Shown here piece after piece: positions 1 to 11,242 of a DNA stretch of 64,000 nucleotides. The position numbers were made by a program, and so were the translations under genes. Every line of letters begins with the position of its first letter. The stretch's first letter is position 1. The stretch is from assembly GCA_965637545.1 (NCBI GenBank), contig OZ281501.1, positions 19,592,001 to 19,656,000 of the forward strand, written 5' to 3'. The notes beneath the pieces are model-generated. The model was given only the letters and a program-made list of their open reading frames with translations. It did no database searches and was not told the origin of the DNA. Origin of the DNA: Phallusia mammillata. Taxonomy: Eukaryota.

Positions 1-155
1 GTAAAAGTCAGCAATCATGCAAAGAATAGAAACTGCTTCGATAAATTTACAGTAAAGGTTTATAACCGGAGTTTAACACTACATAGTATAATTTACATCA
101 TGTAAATCACACAGTTAAAACGTCACCTAGCAAACAAACAAATTCTCTGTCCATT

Positions 156-2882
156 TTACAACGAGAAGAATCGTTGCAAGGAATATCCGATGAGTGCAGG
201 GAGAGACATCATCAGCAAACTCTGCAATGGCATCACAGACCCGTTGCCTGCCAACAAAACTTTGTTTAAATACTCGACCAAGTGTGTTTCGTTTCGTAGT
301 TAAAGCCGCAAATCACATTAAGTGCGACTTCATTTGTCAAAAACGCTTTTGAACGTAGAATTCTGGGTATTTATATTCTGAGGCAGTTGTTTATTGCATT
401 TTATATCAGGACACTTTTTTGTCCAGTTCTTATTCAAAGTGAATTCTTAAAGTTTATTAAACTTTTCACAAATCGACTTTGGTGCAAAAAGTCACAGAAA
501 AAGTAACTGGGTTACACCGGTATGTTTTATGGTAACACGCACCTTGGTTGCAACCATTCCCTGTGCAGGTTCTGTTGCACACTCGGTAATCGACCCCGTC
601 AACAGTAGTCTCGTTGCAGCTGTTTCCTTGGTCGAAGAAAGCGCATCCTCTGGTGACGTCTCGGCTGAAACCTTCTCTGTCTTCACCTGAACCGCGAAAG
701 TTTGGGTCAGAAATGTCATTTTCCACTTTCATTGACAAGTTTGCTTACCGATTTCCCTGACAAAGCAATATCGATGAGCAGGGCTTGTGCAGACAGTTGC
801 CACTGGTGGGTTATTTAGGCAAATGTCGTATCCAGCCACAAGTCCGTCAAAGCTGGATGAAGACCTTTGAGTACTGCAGTCCACACATCTGCTTCGGGTT
901 GCTGTAAAAAGATTGTCAACGAACTTTATAATTTCCAAACTGGAAACAGCCCTGAAGTGTTTATGCAGAACAGCGATCACGGAATACTTATAAACCATAA
1001 TACGCCAGCCCCATTTAAGGAGACTTATCTAATCAGCCGGTCACCAAGCATTCCCATATATGAAAAGACATAGGCTAGAGAAATCTAGCATGCAGTGGGA
1101 TTCGAAGCAATTTCAGGGGCCATTTTCACGTCCTGCGCTCTATCAACTGTTCTACACAGGCTCAGTGTCGAGCCTTAATTCAATCGGTCTGACGTACAGA
1201 GAAATATTTCCAAACTAGACAGTTTTAACGACCAAATTGAAACTTACGAAATCCGACGTTGCATCCGTCTTCAGTGCAGCTTTCCTCGCATGTCACTCTC
1301 AATGCGCTGCTTGTTCCAAGTGTTGCGTTAGTGCAAGAGTTCACAGATGTTGTGGAATCACGGCATCCGCGTTCAGTTGATATAATCCAAACATCGGGAT
1401 TAGCTGAACAACAATCCACAATAAAGCACAGAGAAAGTTTGATTCAACCACGAACCACGTACCTTGGTGGCGAAGATCGCCCTTTTCCTGATAGTAGTAG
1501 ATAATTTTTGAGTAGCACTGATTCGCGGCACCTTGGCAAAGTGTTCTTCCGGTTATGGTGTTGCACGAGTGACCATTTCCGGTTCCTGTGCATTGTACGC
1601 ACTGGAGAGCTCTATCTGCGGCCGCTACAACTCCATCAGCTGCAAACATTCACTTGTCAACCTCGCTGTTTTCCATATTATTGCTTGTGCTTACGTGTTC
1701 CTGTGTTGCAGTTATCGGTCTGACAAGTGCTGGTGCAAGTCTGTTCAGTGTGGTCGGTGAATCTGGTGTCAGAAGGGTTGGAAAACTCGCATCGGTCTTG
1801 GAAGTTGTTGGTTGTTGTGCATCCGCGGGTTATTCGGCTCGTCACCACGGCCCCAACTACAAGAAATCGAAAGAACTAGTTTGAAATCGTGTTTACCGGG
1901 AACAGAACATTATTTAATTTCTTCTTCACTCTCAGTTTTGAAATAACTTACCGGCATCGTACAGGGTAGTTCTAGTTGTTGTGCAGTAAACATCTGCAGC
2001 CGGCGAGTCAATAGAGCAAGCTGTTCCTGCTGTTTTTGTGGCACAAGTGCTGTCAGTTTCCTGGGAACATTGGACGCAAGAACGACGGGTAACTGTCACT
2101 GTGTGTGGAAAGTTTGATAAACTTGTGATGATCGCAAATCTTATGATGATATTTACCTTCAGTTGTACAATTAATTCCCATGAAATTTCCCACACAATCA
2201 CACAAACCAGTGAAGTAATTGCAATAACCTCCGTTCATGCATGTTGATGCGCATGACATCAAGCTGTCTGTAAGTTGCAGCAATAAGTGATTTATCTTTT
2301 AATGTTTAGTGATGAATGTTGTCAGGTATCAACTTACTTGCCGCGAGAGTGTTGCAATTATTAGTTGTACAAGTGTGGCGGCAGGTTGTTATTTCAACTC
2401 CGTTGCCGAATGCTACTTCGCATTTTGGCGATGCTGGGACAGTGTCTATTGTTGGGTCAAAGTCACTTGCAGCATCTTCTCTGGTTCTCGTCATCATGCT
2501 CAGAACACCTAAACACATTTATCAAGACATGCAACTTCAAGTTCACTAACTCAGTTCACTTAATCTCACCGTCGCGGAAAACGCTTGTGGTTAGGCAATA
2601 TGGAGTCATAGATGAAGTAGCAGGTGGTGGGGTTAAATCAGTGGCGTTGTCGTAGCAATGGTTGTCGGTCTGGTCTTCGTCGTATAAACCCGTTGTCGCG
2701 CACACTATGCATGACCTGTTTGTTTGGCCTGAAAAAATTTCGTATTGTTAGACGACCTTGCGTCGTGTTTTAATATTTCTTAAGAATTCTAGACATTCAC
2801 ATTTTTTTACAAATAGCAACTTACCATCGACCGAAACGAAGCAGGCAACCGTCAACATCACACAAACTATCGACAACTTCAT
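156..2882 (-). CDS. GPI-anchored cysteine-rich surface protein, copy A: signal peptide, LU(Ly6/uPAR/quiver-like) domain 1, EGF, LU2, LU3, LU4, GPI signal; 11 exons, roughly 500 aa
   Basis: Spliced manually on the minus strand with GT-AG phase-1 introns. It starts MKLSIVCVMLTVACFVSVDG. It has four repeats ending C-x3-C-x4-CN (TCRHTCTTNNCN, TCTSTCQTDNCN, TCEESCTEDGCN, VCNRTCTGNGCN), three of them with RGC. The EGF is CASTCMNGGYCNYFTGLCDCVGNFMGINC. The tail AGNGSVMPLQSLLMMSLPALIGYSLQRFFSL* ends at TAA 156-158. Confidence 0.8.
942..1205 (-). mobile_element. tRNA-derived SINE inserted in intron 8 of LU gene copy A
   Basis: Absent from the equivalent short intron of copy B. Flanked by the direct repeat ATTTCCAAACT (931-941 and 1206-1216). 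The minus-strand head gagcctgtgtagaacagttgatagagcgc...ttcgaatccccactgcatgctagattt and body catatatgggaatgcttggtgaccggctga match the element at 34459. Confidence 0.7.
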
Positions 2883-4176
2883 TCTTGTCACTTATTCAAC
2901 GTTTTTAAATTAAACAAAAAGTTTCCTACAACCTGAAAAACAGAACAACAATAATTTGTGGTGAAAAGATCGGATTCTGATAAACTAAACTATATCTTAG
3001 CTTTTTTAGTTATAAATCTAAAGCTGCAAAACAAATGTAACATTGACAAGTTTTGATCGCGTTCCGTCGAACCTGAAAGTAAAAATATCAGTATTAGACA
3101 AACAAGTGAGCTATTATCTTTGACAAAATTAAAATTGTAATACTTCATCTTTTCTCCTCCCAAAACGCCCAAAACAATCTAATTTTTCTGTCACAAAGAT
3201 GTTTATCAATTGTTAATCGTTTATTTTTTTTACCCGCGAACGCAAATATTAAGTTGAACAGTAAAGTGATGGTAAGGAGGCATCGATTAACCTTTCGGTT
3301 TTCGAGTGAAGATGCCCCCCAATAAACGTAATTAAACATATAAAGTTACAGGGTTAATGTGATTTGAAAGAAGTTCCCGCCGTGTTGTTCAACAATATTT
3401 ATTTAATTTGATATTTGCTGTTGCAAATCTGTCTACAAATTTATTTGGGTATTTATTTTTATTGTATATTTTGCTTTTGCAAACCATTTATTTTTATGGT
3501 ACTTGGTGTTTGCAAGCGGCTGCAAATTTTTAGGGTAAAGGTTTTTGTTTTTATTACTTTTCATATTAAACAAACGTTGAGTAAAATATGTTACCTTGAT
3601 TGGATGGATAATTAATGTCGTTTTAAGTTTCTGTTTTTTTGCTATGACAAAGCATTGCAGAAGTTAAAAAGTTTTAATAAACTCTGGTTTTGATTGGTGC
3701 CGCTGTACATGGACAAATTGAAATGCTTTTACAATTGCCATCAGTTAAATGGCGTGTTAGGTGAAGTTTATTCGCCGAATTTGCTGCTTCAACGTTTAGT
3801 TTGAGGATATTTGGTGACGAATTTAAAGCTACTCTTAAAGGTTTTCCAAACAGAAAAGTTTTTGGTTCAAGTTTTCGTTGCGAGAAATTGTCCGGTTTTA
3901 TGTGTAAATTCGATTTTGGTTTAATTGTTTTTGTGGTCAATTAAGACCACTTACTGAACAATAATTCACTTGGGCACTTTTGTTTAAACGGTAACTTTTT
4001 AACATTACTGGTGTGGATATTTTGTAACAGGGTCTGCCCATATTCCAGCGACGTTCCGCTTTTAAATATTCGGGTTTTATGTGAATTTGAAAACGTTGCC
4101 GGGAAACAGAGCATCCTTAGCAGCGTCATGTCAATACCATATTATTTTGTGTTGCTTAATACGGGTTGGTTTAAAA

Positions 4177-4417
4177 CAGGGGTGTGCAACCTGCGGCCCG
4201 CGGGCCAAATGCGGCCCATTGATTAAAGGTTATACGGCCCGCAGTGACGCTTGGATTTCAAATGCACTGCAAACGAGTCCAATTATTATAAATTTTTGAG
4301 CAGATTAATGTGTCCGGTGCTATTTTTCTGCGACCTGACAATATGCGACTGGAATTAAAAGGTAAAATCACCTGTAACTGTATTTAACCCCAATGTGACA
4401 AAGGTCGCACACCCCCG
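4177..4417. mobile_element. hAT-type MITE (241 bp)
   Basis: TIRs caggggtgtgcaacct / aggtcgcacacccccg and a perfect 8-bp TSD gtttaaaa; no ORF. Confidence 0.85.
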
Positions 4418-5506
4418 GTTTAAAACATCGGTTTGGCTAAAATTTTGGAGGTGCCATATAAAGTTTTTGTGAGGTTTGGAGCGTTTTAAACTTGTTTCCA
4501 CTCAACGATCGGAATGACCGTTAGTTTGTGTTAGGTCAGGTTTCATAAATATTACGGTGCGGCAAGATTTTAATTTGATTTGGTTTCTCTAAAATTTAAG
4601 TGGAGCAGAAAAATGTCCTAAGTTTAAGTCGCCGGCGTGAGTTACACGGATGAGTGATTATGACACGGTTGGCATGGCAACGGGCAGTGTCGGGAGAGTT
4701 TTTTCATGCGGAACGATACGTTGAAACATTTTCAACCCACGCGCGAAGTTGGCAGGTTGTACGGTTAATTCCGAGATAATATGGCGCGTAACTTACCGAT
4801 CAAACTTTGGAATTCCAGTGGTGGGCATTTAAGTGGTTAATATAATGCCAACGTGAGTCGGGCCCTGCACATTAGACATACTTACCGGACATTGGCATAC
4901 TACACATGTTTCTTTGCACTGCAACCTATTTAATTGTTTCGATGCAGACTGAAACAAATGACGTTTTTTACGGTTTGTTGTCGACAGTTTTAAGTAAACC
5001 CCCGCCATTTTTGTTAAGCCCATATTTAGTAAGTTTTGGTGGATTTTATGTTGATTCTAACTTCCCCATACATTGAGATTGAGGGTGCAAAGGTGCGGGA
5101 AATTACAGTGTGCAATATCTTCAAGGGTCAGAAAACTAAAGCTGAAGCGGAAAAAAATCACAAAGCAGCTTTTTGAATCAGCGTGAAGCAAGCAAGCATA
5201 AATCGTTGTGTGAATAAGCTGCATGCACGTCACATTGCGGAAAGCAGGTTTTGCGATTAATAGAAAGCATTTGTATTTTGCGGCACACAGAAAACATTCA
5301 ATTATCTTGCCAACTGAAAAAAGTTAACAATCATGCAATGAACGACCAACTGTGCGCTCAATATTCACCAAATTGAAGCAAGCATTAGCGAATAAGCATT
5401 GACTACAAGCATTTCCCTTGCTGGGATAAAATAATAATTATTTCTACATCATGCAAATCACACAGTTAAAACGTCACCCAGCAAACAAACAAATTCTCTG
5501 TCCGTT

Positions 5507-8116
5507 TTACAACGAGAAGAATCGTTGCAAGGAATATCCGATGAGTGCAGGGAGAGACATCATCAGCAAACTCTGCAATGGCATCACGGATCCGTTGCCT
5601 GCAAACGAAACTTTGTTGAAATACTTGGTCAAGTGGGTTTTGTTCTTTAGTTAAAGCATTAAACTTTTGTGAAGTGCGACTGTGGCGGTTGGACACGTCC
5701 CTTGTGAGAAGTAGTCACGAGTAACATACAGATGCAATCAAAACGGGGGAGTTTGATGGCTAATACTTGTGCGTAAGGATCGAAAACCCAAATAGTTAAA
5801 ACTTTATTACAAACCCCATTTCTTAACAGTGGAGTTATAAATTGTTACTGGCTAGTTAAGACATCGGTATGTTTTAACTTAGCACGCACCTTGGTTGCAA
5901 CCATTTCCGGTGCAGGTTCTGTTGCACACTTTGTAATCGACCCCGTCAACAGTAGTCTCGTCGCAGCTGTTGCCCCGGTCGAAGAAAGAGCATCCTCTGA
6001 CGACTTCTCGGCTGAAACCTTCTCTGTCTTCACCTAGACCAAGAAAGTTTGGGTCAGAAACGTCACTTTTAACTTTCACTGACAAGTTTGCTTACCGGTT
6101 TCCCTGACGAAGCAATATCGATGAGCAGGGCTTGAGCAGTCAACTGCAATTGATGGGTTGTTCAGGCAAATGTCGTATCCAGCCACAAGTCCGTTGATCG
6201 TTAAAGCGTTATTAGTGGCTGCCGCGATGGATCTTTGAGTACTGCATTGCACACATTTGCTGCGGTTTGCTGTAAAAAGGTGTCAACACGCGTTAGTATT
6301 TCCGAAGTGGAAACGTTTTAAGGACGGAAGTGAAACTTACGAAATCCTACGTTGCATCCGTCTTCAGTGCAGCTTTCCTCGCATGTCACTCTCAATGCGC
6401 TGCTTGTTCCAAGTGTTGCGTTAGTGCAAGAGTTCACAGATGTTGTGGAATCACGGCATCCGCGTTCAATCGATTCAATCATAACATCAGGATCAGCTGA
6501 ACAATAATCCACAATAAAGCACAAAGAAAGTTTGATTCAACCACGAACCACGTACCTTGGTGTCGAAGATCGCCTTTTTCCTGGTAGTAGTAGATGATTT
6601 TTGAGTAGCACTGATTCGCTGAACCTTGGCAAAGTGATCTTTGGACTGCGTTGTTGCACGAGTGGGTGTCACCGGTTCCTGTGCATTGTACGCAATAGAG
6701 AGCTCTATCTGCGGCCGCTACAACTCCATCAGCTGCAAACATTCAATTGTCAACTTTGCTGTTTTTCATATTAATGCTTGTGCTTACGTGTTCCTGTGTT
6801 GCAGTTATCGGTCTGACAAGTACTGGTGCAAGTCTGTTCAGTGTGGTAGGTGAATCTGGTGTCAGAAGGGGCGGAAAACTCGCATTGGTCTTGGAAGTTG
6901 TTGGTTTCTGTGCATCCGCGGGTTACTCGGCTTGTCACCACGGCCCCAACTACAACAGACGTGAATAAAAATACTTTTTTTCCGTCTGAGCTTGTCACAG
7001 CATTTGCTTTTGTGCATTTTTAAAATATCTTACCGGCATCATACAGGGTAGTTTTAGTTGTTGTGCAGTAAACATTAGCAGCCGGCTGATTAATAGAGCA
7101 AGCTGTTCCTGCTGTTTTTGTGGCACAAGTGCTGTCAGTTTCCTGGGAGCATTGGACACAAGAACGACGGGTAACTGTCACTGTGTGTAGAACGTTGAAT
7201 AAATTTGTGATGATTGCAAATCTGATGATGATATTTACCTGCAGTTCCACAATCAGTTCCACTCCAATCTCCCACACAAACGCACTGACCAGTGAAGTAA
7301 TTGCAATATCCGTTGTTCATGCATGTTGATGCGCATGACATCAAGCTGTCTGTAAGTTGCAACAATAAGTGATTTGTTTTGTGATGTTTATTGATAATGT
7401 TGTCAGGTATGAACTTACTTGCTGTGATCGTATTGCAATTGTCAGTTGTACAAGTGTGGTGGCAAGTTGTCAGTTCAACTCCTTGGCTAAAATCTGTTGT
7501 GCATTTTGGCGATGCTGGGACGGTGTCTATTGTCAAGTCAAACTCGTCATTAGCTGCAGCATCAATTGGTCCTCTAAACACGGATGTCGGGATACCTGAA
7601 AAAAAAAAAAATTTTGAGAAAATTTGTAATTTCGATCAGCAAAAGAAACATCTCACCGTCTAGGAGTGTGAACCTGGTGAAGCAATATGGAGTGACAGTT
7701 GATATCATCGCAGTATTTTCCATTGTTGCGTTGTCATAGCAATGGTTATCAGCCTGGTCTGCGTCGTAATAGCCGGTTATGGTGCACGATCTGCAATTTC
7801 TGTCGACATTGGTTTGCCCTGAAAACAAGTTCGAAAAAAAACTCACAGAAATGCTATACAAACGAAATTTTAATAACTCATACTTTTGTGTTGGGAAAAT
7901 ATCATATTAATTAAATGTAAAGTGTTGAACAATTTTTGTGGTCGTTGTTTGGCGTGGAAAAGTGTTATATTATGAAAACACCTTACATCATATATTAAAT
8001 ACTTATAAAAAAAACCAGACATTTACATTATTTAACTTTTGTTAACCTTAAAACTTACCATTGACAGAAACGAAGCAGGCAACCGCCATCATCACACAAA
8101 CTGTCGACAACTTCAT
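5507..8116 (-). CDS. GPI-anchored 4xLU + EGF surface protein, copy B (tandem paralog of copy A)
   Basis: Same 11-exon structure. It starts MKLSTVCVMMAVACFVSVNG, has the same cysteine frameworks and ends VSFAGNGSVMPLQSLLMMSLPALIGYSLQRFFSL*. No stop was seen in the spliced frame. Confidence 0.8.
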
Positions 8117-8461
8117 TATTATCACTTATAATTACTGTTTTCGAATTAAACAGGAATATTTTTGAACCTTCACAAAATGATTCCAGATTAATATAGTAAA
8201 ATATGCCTAATTCAACTTTTCTAATACTCTTGCTTCCAGAACTAATTAACGCAAAGGTTGATATTACTCCTGCACTCAAACACAAAACGCAGGTTGTCAA
8301 CAAATGTTATCTGTTCTATCACACGTATTAAGAGCTTGCCCACATTATGAGTAATTATCAAATATAGTAACAAACAGTGGGTGGGTATTAGGTGGGTGAA
8401 CCACAAACACGTACACACAACCTGTGACACCAACCTAAACTGCCATAATAATTATTTCGAG

Positions 8462-8551
8462 TTATGCAAGCTTCGTTGACCAGTAAAAACCTTATGCAAG
8501 CTTCCTTGACCAGTAAAAACCTTATGCAAGCTTCGTTGACGAGTCGAAACC
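8462..8551. repeat. 30-bp tandem repeat x3 (ttatgcaagcttcgttgaccagtaaaaacc)
   Basis: Three head-to-tail units are directly visible; the third has a diverged end. Confidence 0.9.
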
Positions 8552-11242
8552 TCAAATGAAGCTTGCCCGGTTACTTGCCCCACTGAAATACCCCACCCTG
8601 TTACCATTAACGACCCGATCAACAAACCACAATCTTCAAATCTTCTTGGTGACGGTTGCCAAGCGTCGACGAATGGCCGTTTCTGTTGGGCGAAGCGGGA
8701 CAAACATCAGAGGTTTTTGTTTTTTTGTAAGTGACACCAGCAGCGTTGAAAGGAAACCTCTTGGGGCTATTATTCGTCCGCGGGTCGCTAACGGAATCTC
8801 TTTTGTTCCTCTGCGACGAATGTTCTTCCGTTCACGCTCTGGGCTGTCGTGGCACGTTCAGGCAAAATCTCCGTGAGTATTTTTCCATTAAATCGATTTT
8901 TTATCTGCTCTACCTTTTCCACCAGCTACAGAACTTCAAATTTCCAAACTGTATGTTTTTACCGTTTTTGATTTGGTTTGTGTCGAAATCACCTTTCTGA
9001 AAGTAGGTTTTTTCAAGCACTTTGTTCTTTGTTTTGAAAGTTTCATTTCCAAAAAGTGCCAAAATTGCAGTGACGTTTCTTTGTGAAAGAAGGTTTGAAA
9101 CCGTAACCTAAAAGAGTTTGAATAAAATTTAGTAACTGGTTTTTCTTTCTGTTTATATTTGGCGACTAGAAACGTAATTTTACGCCGCAATTGTTCTGTT
9201 GCGTTCTGGACGAAGTATTTTCTTAGTGGATAAGAATACATCACATGATACGAATTGTCGTCGCAACAATATGTCAAATATTTTTCTTATTCTTTCAGGT
9301 TAAAAAAATATTGTTACAGAAAAGAGAAGGTATCTATCACAATATAAAGGCTTTCAACATTTATTACTTATTATCGTATTTGCCCAACTTGGAAGAATAA
9401 TGAAAATGTTTCCAAGTTGAATTCGACGCGATTTAATTTGACCCCAGGGTTATTTCTTTTGTTGAAATGAATCCATTGTGCAAAGCCAACTAAACTTGTA
9501 AAAGCCAATTTGTCGAATCACTAGCCGAGAAGGTTTTTGGTACGAGTTGGGGAGAAATGTGACTTGCCTTTGTATTTTCTGTGGAAATCTTTAAGTTGAA
9601 TTCTCGTAATTTCCTATTTTGTTGCAAAGCGTTTTCTTTTTTAAGAAACGGAGCTTTTTGTTGACAAATGAGGTTTGGCCAGTGATTGAGTTAATGGGAT
9701 GGGCAGGAACAGAAAGAAATCTGCGTCGCCTGTGTTTGTTCGGGATCAACAAACTTATTTTGTCGTTTAACTTTTTGAAGCGTAACACCATTTCTTCAAT
9801 GAAAAATGTGTTTGTTTAGGAAAAGGGGCTTTTTTCGACGTCGACAAATCGTTTCCCCAACAAATAACCGCAATATTTTGAAGGCTTATTCCCTGCGTTT
9901 CCTACTACAAACTTTTGTACTACTTCAAATTGCATCACACAGTACGGAATATTTTACAAATCCGTAACAATGGCGCTTCTCATCTTTATCTGTTGACAAC
10001 TCGTCTCCGTAGCAACGCTTGCGTCCAAGTCACATGATATTTATTGTTGCGTGATAAAAAAAACAATACGTCCCCGACAACGCGGCTTTGTGCATTTGTT
10101 CTAAAATAACAAGCAACAATGCTTGGAATTGCGTGGGACGAATTCCAACTGGTGAATTGGCAGAGCGCAAACTTTCCTTTGTATTTCGGTGTGCAACCCG
10201 ATATCCCCTCGCCCCCCTACAAACACGCCCACGGATTAATCAAAGGTTTCGTTGAAAATGTGTAGAAGATTATTTTTGTTGTTTCCCTGAATTTTCCTTC
10301 TTTTTGCCACATCAGCATTTTGCCTTATATGACACACATATATATATATATGTTGAACAGAAATCAGCAGGGTGGGTGAACTTGTGTACGAAAAGTAACT
10401 ACGAAAACGCCTTAAAATATGACAAGACACGATAATTTATTTTCTTTAATAGAAATGTGCATATATTTAATGGGGAAAGTATTGAATGCTGTAATGTTAA
10501 AAGCTGTGTTAAGTTGCTGTGGAAATGTTTCAGGGTGCTACGTGATGTCTGTTGGTAATTCGATCACGGACCGCGCGTCACACATACGACCCCCTGCCCT
10601 ATTTCGTTTGTTAGTTGTATCCATGGAAACGCTGACACATTCGTCATAAACAGGTTTACACTGTATAGTAGAAATGACATAGTAGTTCGGTTTATTTATA
10701 TTTGTGAATGCTTTAATTCGTTGATAACGGTTTTGCGCGATTTAGTGTGACGTATGAATCAAGGGTGACTTGTTGCGGTTTCCCTTCGTCCTTGAAGGGA
10801 CGTTAATCCACTAACCAAAGTTGTAAGTTGGGACGGGCTTTTCTGGCCGGGTTGAGGCCCGAATTGTTTTCAGGCCTGTTTACAACTCTGGAACCAATAA
10901 TCAAGTATTTGTTCCAAAGTACCGTTATCACAACTTTAAACTGAACAACTTAAACAGCAGAAGGAATTTTATTTTGCAGCAAGTTATCGAACTTTGGTTG
11001 AGTTTGAAGAAGTCGCTGACGATTCGCACTAGAGTTTTGCACCACACGTCATGTACAGTAAAACACCTCATCACACAAAGCAAGAAAAGTACGCAGCACA
11101 ATGTAAGGTAACAACAGCAGCAACAGTGTGCAATAAAAGTGTCGAAAAACTGGTAAAGGCTTTTAAATAAATATTCGGAATGTTGAAGACAGAAGGTAGG
11201 TAAGTCAAGTCTGGCGCGTGAAATTGATGCGGAGGTTGTCGG

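Noticed and set aside
8462-8551. CRISPR-like array
   Set aside because: The units are contiguous with no unique spacers, and the context is eukaryotic.
8556-8876. 106-aa ORF as a gene
   Set aside because: No recognisable motif or supported exon chain in any frame.
10815-10892. Tiny MITE (caaagttgtaa / ttacaactctg)
   Set aside because: Short imperfect inverted repeat with no TSD.
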